IMG/VR virus record: IMGVR_UViG_3300014204_000112
Coordinates: 149,923-213,922 of that record
Strand: one strand, 5' to 3'
DNA: 64,000 bases
Source: a virus
Lineage: Duplodnaviria; Caudoviricetes
This document shows, piece by piece, positions 7,921 through 16,907 of this stretch (within the stretch, counting starts at the first letter, position 1; every line of letters starts with the position of its first letter). Below the pieces are notes generated by a model, which worked only from the letters and a program-made list of their open reading frames with translations, was not told the origin of the DNA and ran no database searches. Made by a program: the position numbers and the translations under genes.

Positions 7921-8045
7921 TGGCGAGGGAGGCTGGATTTGAACCAACATAATCAAGTTTTCAATTTGACTGTTACCGATGCAACTCTATTCATTGCTAT
8001 CATTGCTGAAGAAAGTCGGATAGAGCATTGTGTATATGCTCCCTC
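7921..8045 (-). ncRNA. tRNA/Y-RNA hybrid with CCA, module replaces D arm (GAA-like arm)
   Basis: gagggag/ctccctc-G-CCA, T arm. Confidence 0.65.
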
Positions 8046-8053
8046 ATGTATTT

Positions 8054-8842
8054 TTATAGGTTCCAAGATTTTCCTTTGTACTCCCGATTCACTCTTCGGT
8101 ATGAAGAGATGATCCCTTGTGAATGAAGATCGTAACCGTTGAGTATTCTTATATTCATTGGAAATTGGTCCCATTTTGCGAAATCTTTATCTGTAGGATA
8201 TCCTTTAATTTCGATGTAAACATTATCCTCTAAAAGATAAAAATCTGGCGTGTAATACCTTTTTTTTCCATCAAAGAAGTATTCGAATTTTTCAGTAGGT
8301 CTTCGCCACTTGATCGAATTTGCATCCAACCATTTAGCATATTCAACTTCCCATATTCCTTGAAATTTTTTTCCAGCATATTCATGAGTTCTAGACTTAG
8401 AAAAGGATAAATGCCAATTATCATTTTTAACGTTTTCTTTTATTGTATTAGCAATAGTATTTCGATGATCTATTGATAAATGTTTTCCTTTAAAAAAAGG
8501 TATGAATGCACCGGATTTAAGGTTAGTATTAAAAGTATCTGACCCTTTTTTAACTCTAGCATCGGTTTCTTTGGTTAATCCGTGATTCCATGAAGGTTTA
8601 CCACCAAGATTATTATTTTTCCAATTAATTCCATCTTCATGATTTCTCCAAATGTGAGAAATGATTCCTAATTTAGAATAAACTTTACCACAGTATGGGC
8701 ATTTATAAGTTCCATCATTTTGTAAATAATTAATGCTCTTTAATCTAATTTTCTTAGTTCCACAAGATTTTTCATGTTTAGATATATTACTTAAACTTAT
8801 CTTAATGCCGCATTTTTTACAGTTAGTAGTGTGTCGGTTCAT
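8054..8842 (-). CDS. Zn-finger + TnsA-like PD-(D/E)XK endonuclease
   Basis: C2H2-like fingers, SWNHGLTKETD, YTPDFY...YIEIKG. Confidence 0.85.
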   Translation of the reverse strand: MNRHTTNCKKCGIKISLSNISKHEKSCGTKKIRLKSINYLQNDGTYKCPYCGKVYSKLGIISHIWRNHEDGINWKNNNLGGKPSWNHGLTKETDARVKKGSDTFNTNLKSGAFIPFFKGKHLSIDHRNTIANTIKENVKNDNWHLSFSKSRTHEYAGKKFQGIWEVEYAKWLDANSIKWRRPTEKFEYFFDGKKRYYTPDFYLLEDNVYIEIKGYPTDKDFAKWDQFPMNIRILNGYDLHSQGIISSYRRVNREYKGKSWNL

Positions 8843-8893
8843 TGCATTTGACCTTTATTTCTATTTATAATAGTCATATGCAATTATTGTTAG

Positions 8894-8964
8894 CGGGTCC
8901 TCCTGGGCTCGAACCAGGGATCGAAAATTAACAGTTTCCCGTGATACCTCTTCACCAAAGACCC
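8894..8964 (-). tRNA. tRNA-Asn(GTT)
   Basis: ggaaa-ctGTTaa-ttttc. Confidence 0.88.
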
Positions 8965-8970
8965 AATGTA

Positions 8971-9132
8971 TTGAACGTGTCGACCACCCAACAAGGCCGA
9001 TGTTATGGTGCAATTTGAAGCGCCGCACCTGGATTAGGGATTTCAGAGGTTGTTACTTGTGCTCAGCCTACGGGCCACTCACTTTCTTTATGCATGTCTT
9101 GCATCGATTTCGCAACTTGAACCATCGTTCAA
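8971..9132 (-). ncRNA. Candidate structured RNA
   Basis: Closing stem ttgaacg/cgttcaa, internal atgca/tgcat and ggtgc/gcacc hairpins. Confidence 0.45.
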
Positions 9133-9140
9133 TTTTTTAT

Positions 9141-9216
9141 TGGAGCGAGAGACGGGGATCGAACCCGCTGCATCCAGCTTGGAAGGCTGGCACTCAACCA
9201 AATGAGCTTCTCTCGC
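9141..9216 (-). tRNA. tRNA-Gly(TCC) with encoded CCA; first tRNA of the array
   Basis: Canonical cloverleaf. Confidence 0.95.
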
Positions 9217-9420
9217 AATTATGGTAAGGGGATTCTCACGAAGGCCCTTACCTTGTCCGGAGGATGGTCGCCTCCAGACGTTATGCCAATATTTCCCAAG
9301 ATGTCAAAGAACATCGTAACTGTAGCGATGTCCTGCTACTCTGTTACTGTGTGAATGAAGTTGGACTCGACCAACGTGTATTCTCTAATTCACTCGTATT
9401 TCAAAAGAACTGATGCCGTA

Positions 9421-9458
9421 AAACGAAAAAACCCGGACTTTTTGAAGGTCCGGGTTTT
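9421..9458 (-). terminator. Intrinsic terminator (attenuator) upstream of tRNA array
   Basis: aaaacccggac-cttcaaaaa-gtccggg then ttttttcgttt on - strand. Confidence 0.85.
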
Positions 9459-9488
9459 CCCTAGATTTCGTGATATGTTATTTCACCT

Positions 9489-9614
9489 TCACTCTAACCT
9501 ATGTAAACCCAGACCCATTCTTTCGTCGCATGACGGATTCCATGTGCCAATAAATCCCACGAGGGCTATTGGTTGGGAACTACGATACGACTTATGTAAG
9601 TTCTGGTTTTTCAT
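9489..9614 (-). CDS. 41-aa leader peptide containing all 20 amino acids (MKNQNLHKSYRSSQPIALVGFIGTWNPSCDERMGLGLHRLE)
   Basis: Hand translation; 31 distinct codons in first 32; A-rich leader and GATAAATA box at 9638-9645. Confidence 0.75.
   Translation of the reverse strand: MKNQNLHKSYRSSQPIALVGFIGTWNPSCDERMGLGLHRLE
9505..9515 (-). promoter_or_regulatory. Antiterminator GGUCUGGGUUU within leader ORF
   Basis: Pairs 11/11 (one G.U) with the terminator 5' arm AAACCCGGACC at 9447-9457. Confidence 0.7.
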
Positions 9615-10123
9615 TGGTTTTTGTGTTTGTTCAGGTTTATTTATCACGATACTTCAAAAAGTTTTCGCTTTAGTTTTGATATTTTACCACTTTTTTTCTG
9701 GGTTGGTCGATTTTTTTTCTTGGGCCACCAAATTTATTTAAGTCGTATGGCGGTAAGTAATCGTCTCCCGTTGGAGTGGATGTTGTGTTGTACTCTTCAT
9801 TTACTTTTCGGTTTTCACCGGAATTAAACTCTCTTGCAACTTTACCAAATTGGCATAGAACATTGGCCTGTTGAAAATAAAAAGAGCCGTTTCGTATGCC
9901 GTGTGCATGGCCAGGTAAGCGTAATGAATGATGATCAAAATCAGAGCTACTATTGCTCCTGCGATCTTTGCGGCTCCCTTGAACTCCTTCATCATATTCT
10001 TCATTCTCTTCCAGTGGATGCCTTCTTTCTTGTAAACTACACCTAAGTAAGTCATGTTATTTTGATTTGATATTGCAAATATACCAACTATTGCTGAAAC
10101 GAAAAAATCCTGGTGAAACTTTT

Positions 10124-10816
10124 TTACAGAGAAGCTACGTAAACTTCCTTTTTGTCGAGGTAACACCTTGATTTGATGTTACTTGGAAGGTTTTCGTACT
10201 CTGATTTTGGCAGGTAAATGCAATTGTACGAATCGTAGTTAGGTATTGAGAACGCTACCGCCCAGTTATTCCCGTCGGCGTATTTGTGGCTAACGTACTG
10301 GATCTGAGGCTTATTCATTTTATCCGTCATCGGAGCCAATTTCACTTGATCGAGACTGTAGTAACCAACTTCCGGTTCGCCATCTTCATCCTTTACGAAT
10401 CCTATGAGAGTATCGCCTTCATGTGTGTAGATCAGGTAATGAGCGCTCTTTTGATTCGCGAACTTGTACGTGTACTCGTACGTGTTCTTTTTTACCAGCT
10501 TCTTGGCGGTTTCGACTTTCTTTTGGAATCGTGGACTCCAGTCATCAGCTTCGAATGTTGGGCTTTTTACCCAGTTGCATGAAGGATCCTTGAGAGCAGC
10601 ATTTTCAACGTAGAATGAACGAAGAACGTAGCCTTTTGTAACCTCTGCTTTAACCGGAAGGTGTTTACGGCTAATGAAGTTGGCTGTCAGTATTGACACC
10701 AGCATCAGGGCTGCTGCGATTCCGAGAAACGTCAATCGGTTTTCCCAGAATTTCTTTCCGAATATGCAGCTACCTGCTACTATGGCTATGATAATTGAAA
10801 TTACTATCGTGTACAT
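10124..10816 (-). CDS. Membrane-anchored hypothetical protein
   Basis: Two N-terminal hydrophobic helices. Confidence 0.7.
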   Translation of the reverse strand: MYTIVISIIIAIVAGSCIFGKKFWENRLTFLGIAAALMLVSILTANFISRKHLPVKAEVTKGYVLRSFYVENAALKDPSCNWVKSPTFEADDWSPRFQKKVETAKKLVKKNTYEYTYKFANQKSAHYLIYTHEGDTLIGFVKDEDGEPEVGYYSLDQVKLAPMTDKMNKPQIQYVSHKYADGNNWAVAFSIPNYDSYNCIYLPKSEYENLPSNIKSRCYLDKKEVYVASL

Positions 10817-10852
10817 TGTTGTTATTTTTTAAGAGGTTTGTCCTTTATTGAA

Positions 10853-12265
10853 TTACTCGTCGTCTCCTGTGTCTACCCATTCGATTCCAGGGCAGTAGTC
10901 CTTTTTGCTGGCTCCGAAGTACTCGCCGAAGATTCCGATGCTACCGAGAACTATTCCACCGAAGGCTTTCATTAGGCCCCATGCGAAGATACCGAAAGGA
11001 GTCAACACGTATGAATACAGGACGTCGTAGAAGATGAATTTTACCGGGATGTAGATTACATAGTACACGAGGTACCAGAGATCCAGGATGAGGTATTTCA
11101 CCGGGTAAGCTGTGACGTAAAGGAGGCCATCAACGTACCAAACGGTCTTGCCGATTTTGTACTTCTGAATGACACCCTGAATCCAGTTGAAAATCACGTA
11201 ACAGATACCGACGATCACTGCGAGAATTGCTAAAGCTCCAAGTCCGTACAGAATGTAAATCCAGTAATTGACTAATATGTAACCGGCACAGTCGATAAGA
11301 ACGTTAAGGAACCAGCTGATGCCTACTACTGCACATACGGTGAAGACGAGGACGATCAATGAAACCAGAAAACCGATGAACTGTTTGGTCCGTTTGATGA
11401 TTGGGCTTCTCTTGTAATCAAAAGTCATTGCTGACGAGATTGCATTTCCAATCTTTTCCATTTGCAGGTTGAAGGGACGCCAGAATTCTTCAGACTTACG
11501 TTTACGTTCCTGTTGTTTTTGGTAACGAATGCGTGCGAGTTCGGTCTGTTTGCGATCTTCTTCGAGTTCTCTTTCATTTTTCAGCCTCCGTGCTTCGCGA
11601 CGAGCATCTTCGTGAGCGAGACGTTTAGCTTCAAGCTCTTCGACTTTGGCTGCGTACTTTTCCGGATCCTTAGTTTTACTAATTCCGTACCTTACGCGAA
11701 TGAAAGTTTCCATGAACGAGTAGCCGGAGTGCTTGAAGTGGGCTTTTGCAATGACCGGCACATCGTTGTAGTAACCAAGGCCAACCTTTTTTTCCACTTG
11801 AGCGACTCGTTCTTCCGGGAAGAACATGAGAGTGAAATCAGCGAACAACTCGATGACTTTGTAAAAAATGTAGGGAAATCCCACGAGGAAGGTCAAAAAT
11901 ACTTGCCACAATAGGACGAACGGGGATACGAGCATGCAAAAAACAAGAAGCCAGAAATACGGGCACCCGTTCTGCATGGTCTGAGGAGTGGGGGTATTGC
12001 TACCGAGGATGTACTTCATCAGGCGATAGTGCCATGATTTCATGCTGATCTTCATGAGCTTCGGGCTTTCGCAGAAGTTCGTGAATTCAACGTGTTCTTC
12101 TTTCAAAAAGAACTTGCCTGACTCTTTTGCTGAGCCAGCGTACACTTCGATCGGTTTGATGAAGTATTCATCATTCTTTTTGAACAAAAAGCCCTTGAGA
12201 TGATCAGTGTCGGTTTTCAACATGACCAGCTTGTTGAGCAGTGATTGCAACTTGTCGTTTTTCAT
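10853..12265 (-). CDS. Multi-pass membrane protein with coiled coil
   Basis: 470-aa ORF, several TM segments. Confidence 0.75.
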   Translation of the reverse strand: MKNDKLQSLLNKLVMLKTDTDHLKGFLFKKNDEYFIKPIEVYAGSAKESGKFFLKEEHVEFTNFCESPKLMKISMKSWHYRLMKYILGSNTPTPQTMQNGCPYFWLLVFCMLVSPFVLLWQVFLTFLVGFPYIFYKVIELFADFTLMFFPEERVAQVEKKVGLGYYNDVPVIAKAHFKHSGYSFMETFIRVRYGISKTKDPEKYAAKVEELEAKRLAHEDARREARRLKNERELEEDRKQTELARIRYQKQQERKRKSEEFWRPFNLQMEKIGNAISSAMTFDYKRSPIIKRTKQFIGFLVSLIVLVFTVCAVVGISWFLNVLIDCAGYILVNYWIYILYGLGALAILAVIVGICYVIFNWIQGVIQKYKIGKTVWYVDGLLYVTAYPVKYLILDLWYLVYYVIYIPVKFIFYDVLYSYVLTPFGIFAWGLMKAFGGIVLGSIGIFGEYFGASKKDYCPGIEWVDTGDDE

Positions 12266-12518
12266 GATTATGAATTTGGATTGTTATTGTACCACAATTA
12301 TTCGTGTTCGTACTTCGGGCATTCCCATACAGGAAGCGTCATGTTATTATCCACGCAGAACTAGTAATTAGCCTGAGCGAGTGGACAATTTTCTGGAGTA
12401 TTCGGTTTGAAGAACTTGCACTCAAGGTGGCACAGGCAATGTTCCCTGTGCCGACCCTTGAGGTGTTCCTGGACGTTTACCACAGTTCCGTGGTGTTCGT
12501 ACTGGATTACTGTTGCCA

Positions 12519-14102
12519 TTATTTCTGGTATTTTTCTTTCTTAAGGTGTTCCTCAATCGTTGCTCTGATTGCGGCTAACGTTGTCCTGCGAACGATGACT
12601 CCATCGACGAATACTGGCTGCAACATTCCTGTCGCTTCTTCTTCCCAGGTAACTCCGTCGGTGTAGGTCATGTCTTTGTTCACTCTGACGAGACCGCGAG
12701 CTGATTTCTTCATTCCGCTGTCGGTGATGGGATCCTTAAAGATTTCCTTCTGGCGACCATCTACAGTTTCGGCGAATGTAGCTTTCATCGCCATCATGTA
12801 AGTGTCCCTAGTGACGTACTGGTAGGTGTAGGAACCGATTCCGAGGACCAGATTGGAAGCACAGAATCCCTTTTCTTCGAGCCGTGCAAGAATGTCCCTC
12901 TGTCTCTGCATCGTAATGGAATCGCCGTAGATCAGGCCGATGTGAGTGTCAAGCTGTTTGTAACCTTTTTCTGTCGTAGGACCAGGAAACATGGTGTACA
13001 GGTATTCGTAAGCTCCGAGGAATTCAGCATCAGTCATTTCCTCAGCAATCTTATCGTCTGATTTGAAGAAGTACTTCGGCTGGTCTTCGCTGTAGTCAAT
13101 CACGATTTCGTTGACCCTGTAGCCAGAAACGATGTGAACTGGTTCTCCTGAGTCGGGACGAATTACGAGACGACCGTTACGGGCGAGGATTTCTGTTTTG
13201 AGGCCGGGGATCAGGACCTTCAGAACTTTCCAGAAGTTCCAGGTGTCGGAAACCACGGAGATCGGGCCATCCGGATAGATCTTCGTGATCAGCCGTTTGA
13301 AAGTATTGTAGTCCGAGTCAACACATTCGTCGCGGGTAAGACCCTCTGATGCGACCATGTGGATCATGTGCTCGGTTGCCGGGATGCTACCGCCAATGAG
13401 TTCAGTATTGCTATCAGCCCCGTAGTAATCTTCGAGGAAGTCGATTGCAAGAATGGTGTCGGTGCCGGTGAAACTTAGAAGGTGTGCTGCTCCGGAAAGA
13501 GCTGCATCTTCTGGGCCTGACATTCCACGGAACGAAAAGTCGTGTCCCTGCCATTTCACGAAGTCCATCGGACCGTCAGTGAGACGCATGTGGCGTTCGA
13601 ATTCTTTCCTGTAATGGAACGCGGTCGTTGCACTGGTGCAAGGTTTCCACAGAACGCAGCTGAGCAGCGATTCCAGGTAATTGGTCAACCATGCGAAACG
13701 TTTGTCACCGTGCTTGGTGTTGCGAATGGTGAGCATTGGGGTACGCATTGGAACGAGAGTTCCTTCAGGTACGGCCTTAATCACAAGCGGCAAGTAGCCA
13801 AGATCATGGAGAGCTTCAATGTGAGCTACTGGAACCGTTCCAGGTCCGAGTGAGCTATCCATTCTTCTCTGGTACTTACGTACGACCTTCGCCTTCGGTT
13901 TGAAGAAGAATTCGTCGTTCCAGTTACGGACAAGAAATTCCTGAAGGAAGTACTGGAGGCCGAAGAACACGATCTCATCAGCCCATGGAACCCTGGTTCC
14001 GCGAGGAGTGAATGTCGAATAAATGACGACCGTGTCTTCCGGTATCATCATTGGGTGTCCGACTTTGTAGAAGTCGGCCGCGTGCAATGGGAAAATTTTC
14101 AT
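12519..14102 (-). CDS. Nicotinamide phosphoribosyltransferase-family protein (probable NARP1 Namat)
   Basis: ADFYKVGH, HDFSFRG, SIPATEH, VSDTW, IRPDSG, IYGDSIT, KKSARG. Confidence 0.92.
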   Translation of the reverse strand: MKIFPLHAADFYKVGHPMMIPEDTVVIYSTFTPRGTRVPWADEIVFFGLQYFLQEFLVRNWNDEFFFKPKAKVVRKYQRRMDSSLGPGTVPVAHIEALHDLGYLPLVIKAVPEGTLVPMRTPMLTIRNTKHGDKRFAWLTNYLESLLSCVLWKPCTSATTAFHYRKEFERHMRLTDGPMDFVKWQGHDFSFRGMSGPEDAALSGAAHLLSFTGTDTILAIDFLEDYYGADSNTELIGGSIPATEHMIHMVASEGLTRDECVDSDYNTFKRLITKIYPDGPISVVSDTWNFWKVLKVLIPGLKTEILARNGRLVIRPDSGEPVHIVSGYRVNEIVIDYSEDQPKYFFKSDDKIAEEMTDAEFLGAYEYLYTMFPGPTTEKGYKQLDTHIGLIYGDSITMQRQRDILARLEEKGFCASNLVLGIGSYTYQYVTRDTYMMAMKATFAETVDGRQKEIFKDPITDSGMKKSARGLVRVNKDMTYTDGVTWEEEATGMLQPVFVDGVIVRRTTLAAIRATIEEHLKKEKYQK

Positions 14103-14334
14103 GGTGTATGTTGTTAAGAGTTAAACATTCGGTGAAAAGGACTCGAGCAAGCCGACAATCGCTGCAGAGCAGATGAATATGATTCCGAGCTTGAGAATTA
14201 AGGAATCGGCATGCTTTCCGAACAGTCGATTCTGACCTTCGGTCAATACCGACTGTACTGCGGCTGCGATCCTGAGAAATGCCATACAACAGGCTAATCC
14301 AAAAAATATTGCAGATAACATCATAGTGAAAGAT

Positions 14335-15261
14335 TTATATGGTTTTTTTCGTTTTGAGTCCGTAACGTTCGTTGTATTCGAGCTCGACATTGATCTGGTA
14401 TATCAATGGATCGTCGATTTTCTTTAACAGGTCGGTGCAGAAAATTCCGGCGAAATACTTTCCGAGTTCTTCGAATCCGTTAGAAAATATACCAAAGGTG
14501 ACTGCTAAGTAGATCTTTCCGCAGTTACGTTTTTTGAGTTCCTTGGCGATCTCAATGAATGTTCTTCCTCCGTCGCAAATGTCATCGATGATGAGGATGT
14601 CATTTCCATGAAGGTCTTCCTTATTCACAGTGGTCTGAATAATTTTGCCGGTAGATAATTCCCGAACCTTATCGCAGAGGATGATGTCGTCATTGTAGCC
14701 AATCTCCTTTGCTATGGTGAATATCTTCTTATAGGCTCCGGCATCTGGTGAAACCAGGTTGATCTTTGGCTCTTCTGCTGTTCTCATTGATTGCAGAGCA
14801 TCGAACACCTCCTTGACGAACGAGTAGTTCTTTATTACACAGCAGTTGTCAATGAGGGCAGGGCCGACATCGGAATGCGGGTCGAACACGAAAACTCGTC
14901 CGAACTTCTGTGAATTGATCAAGCCGACGAATGCTTTGACTGAGAGAGGTTCCCCCTCAACGCAGACCCGGTCCTGACGAGCGAACGGAATGAATGAAAG
15001 GAAGAGCCAGAGCTTCGATTCCTTTTTTAACTCGCGAACTGCGTTCGCAGCAAGAAAAATTCGGATGAGGTCATTCCCATTTTGCGGTCTTCCAGTAATC
15101 AGGGTAACCGTATCATCATCGAAATCGAAAGTTTCCGGGTCTAACTTTACATGAGGTTCGATACCGGAATAGAAATCGAGAGAAGCGAAGTCGATATTGT
15201 ACTGAGAGTACACTGGAGCGAAGTCCTTATCGAGATTTAGGGTTTGAATTTTGCTGATCAT
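14335..15261 (-). CDS. Divergent PRPP-synthetase-family protein (probable NARP1 Adps)
   Basis: PFARQDR, DPHS, VSPDAGA, IIDDICDGGRTF; upstream of the NAMPT-like gene. Confidence 0.88.
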   Translation of the reverse strand: MISKIQTLNLDKDFAPVYSQYNIDFASLDFYSGIEPHVKLDPETFDFDDDTVTLITGRPQNGNDLIRIFLAANAVRELKKESKLWLFLSFIPFARQDRVCVEGEPLSVKAFVGLINSQKFGRVFVFDPHSDVGPALIDNCCVIKNYSFVKEVFDALQSMRTAEEPKINLVSPDAGAYKKIFTIAKEIGYNDDIILCDKVRELSTGKIIQTTVNKEDLHGNDILIIDDICDGGRTFIEIAKELKKRNCGKIYLAVTFGIFSNGFEELGKYFAGIFCTDLLKKIDDPLIYQINVELEYNERYGLKTKKTI

Positions 15262-15324
15262 AAGATTCGTTATAGGCGATATTGTACTACATTTCGACCG
15301 TTTGTGTTTCGAATAAATAACGCT

Positions 15325-15927
15325 ATGCAATAGTCAAATCATTCTTGCAGTTCGTCAACGAGAACGAAGAACCCAAACTCAATATCCAGCCATTTTTGGT
15401 TCAATTAGCAGATCTAATTCGAAATTTTGATACGTTCGAAACTGTATCTGTCTAGAGTAATGTAGAAAGTAATTACATTCAAATTACTAAGAGCGATGAT
15501 GTTCATGAATTGGCAGAAGTAAGAGATTCAAGCGGCGATCTTATTCGAATCTATGCTGATTATACGACAAAACTCATGCCAATTTTTACCAATGAATACG
15601 AAATCGGCCTTGCTGAACTTAACGATTTAATTGAACATGGATTTGCCGACATTACTAATTACGTGAAAGGCTTTGCTGTATCTGTTGAAATGAACTGCTG
15701 GTCTAAAGATGCAGAAAGTTGGCGATGGATGACGAAGCGATGAAATGACTGAAGAATCGCTAGAAGATCTCGATGTTACGGTTGGAGCATCGATCGAAAC
15801 TATAGCAGAAGAACTGGCCGAATCAATAAATGATCGATTCAACCAGTTCTACTTGTCCGATGATATACTGCAATCGTCAATTGATGATTACGAAGGCAGG
15901 AATGATGATGAAGAGTCAGAAGATTAG
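15325..15927 (+). pseudogene. Disrupted gene with CTS-like N-terminus (KSFLQFVNE)
   Basis: Frameshift right after ATG, in-frame TAG near 15453, further break near 15743. Confidence 0.5.
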
Positions 15928-16907
15928 AAGCTGAACGGCTTCATTCCTGGTTTTACTTTCCAGAACAAATGCCTCCATCCAACAGGGATGTAATGCGACA
16001 TGTCAGCTTTGTCGAGAATACGGTGTCCACCGCTCTTGCTTACGTTCAACTGAACTGGCAATTTGATCTTGATCTGCTTGCCGTCATGGTACTCGTAAAT
16101 GCGGTATTCCTCGGTAGAAATGTCCATGAACTCAAGGTTCGTAGGTTTCGTAAGAGAAGCAGGAATTTCTGACAAGGTTTTCGCCAGGTTAGTGTTCCCT
16201 TCCGAAACTCCACAGTACTTCCTCATCACTGATTCGAAAGTTTCGTCAGCATTCCATGTGCGAGCATCGTGCCTCATTTCGAACTTACCGTCCACGTTCC
16301 AGATTCCGTCAGTCGTGTTTGCAAACATGACCTGAACTTCGTCATTGTCGAGGACAGAAAAAGTACCATTTCCAGTTCGGTCGGTTGACCAATAAACTCC
16401 GTTGAAATGGAACAGCTGTTTGGTGTACCCGTACTTGCGTTCGAATTCAGCTTCGATGCTGGTGACAAGCTGACGGCCAATCATTCCGATGCTCATTGCT
16501 CCAGTTTCCAGCCAGCCATTGATCTCTTTCTCACGAATGACGATGTCTATCGACTGCTTTGTTCCAGGTTTGGAAATCCGGTAAATGTCAGCGCCAACGT
16601 AACTTGCAGCAACCGAAGGCATGTGGCTCGTGATAACGCTGCAAATCGTCTGGTAAAGAGGAGTTGGAGATTCTGCCAGGAAGTCGATCTTCTTGATCAT
16701 CGACTGGAATTCCTTAAACACGTTCTCGTATCCCATGACAGTATTTACCCTTTCGTTCATCATCGTGATCTTCAATGATGGTTCTAACGGTTTGGATGTC
16801 AATACTTCCTGCATCAACATGATTGACTTAACGTTGATTTTTCTTAGCTCGTCGTCCGTGAATTCAGTAACTCTCTTGAATTCCGGTGAGGTGTAAAGGT
16901 TTTTCAT
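15924..16907 (-). CDS. Hypothetical phage protein
   Basis: 327-aa ORF in operon orientation. Confidence 0.75.
   Translation of the reverse strand: MKNLYTSPEFKRVTEFTDDELRKINVKSIMLMQEVLTSKPLEPSLKITMMNERVNTVMGYENVFKEFQSMIKKIDFLAESPTPLYQTICSVITSHMPSVAASYVGADIYRISKPGTKQSIDIVIREKEINGWLETGAMSIGMIGRQLVTSIEAEFERKYGYTKQLFHFNGVYWSTDRTGNGTFSVLDNDEVQVMFANTTDGIWNVDGKFEMRHDARTWNADETFESVMRKYCGVSEGNTNLAKTLSEIPASLTKPTNLEFMDISTEEYRIYEYHDGKQIKIKLPVQLNVSKSGGHRILDKADMSHYIPVGWRHLFWKVKPGMKPFSF

Noticed and set aside
742-8842. Endonucleases as group I intron ORFs inside tRNAs
   Set aside because: Flanking tRNAs are complete and no ribozyme cores surround the ORFs; they are free-standing
159-9741. ORF-track entries 159..416, 336..533, 3418..3789, 6639..6938, 7670..7942, 9000..9227, 9355..9741
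   Set aside because: They overlap tRNA, ncRNA or attenuator sequences and have no protein motifs
15325-15743. TAG stop-codon recoding
   Set aside because: Only one in-frame TAG, in a gene that also has indels; long genes are intact in code 11, several end in TAG, and no suppressor tRNA was seen
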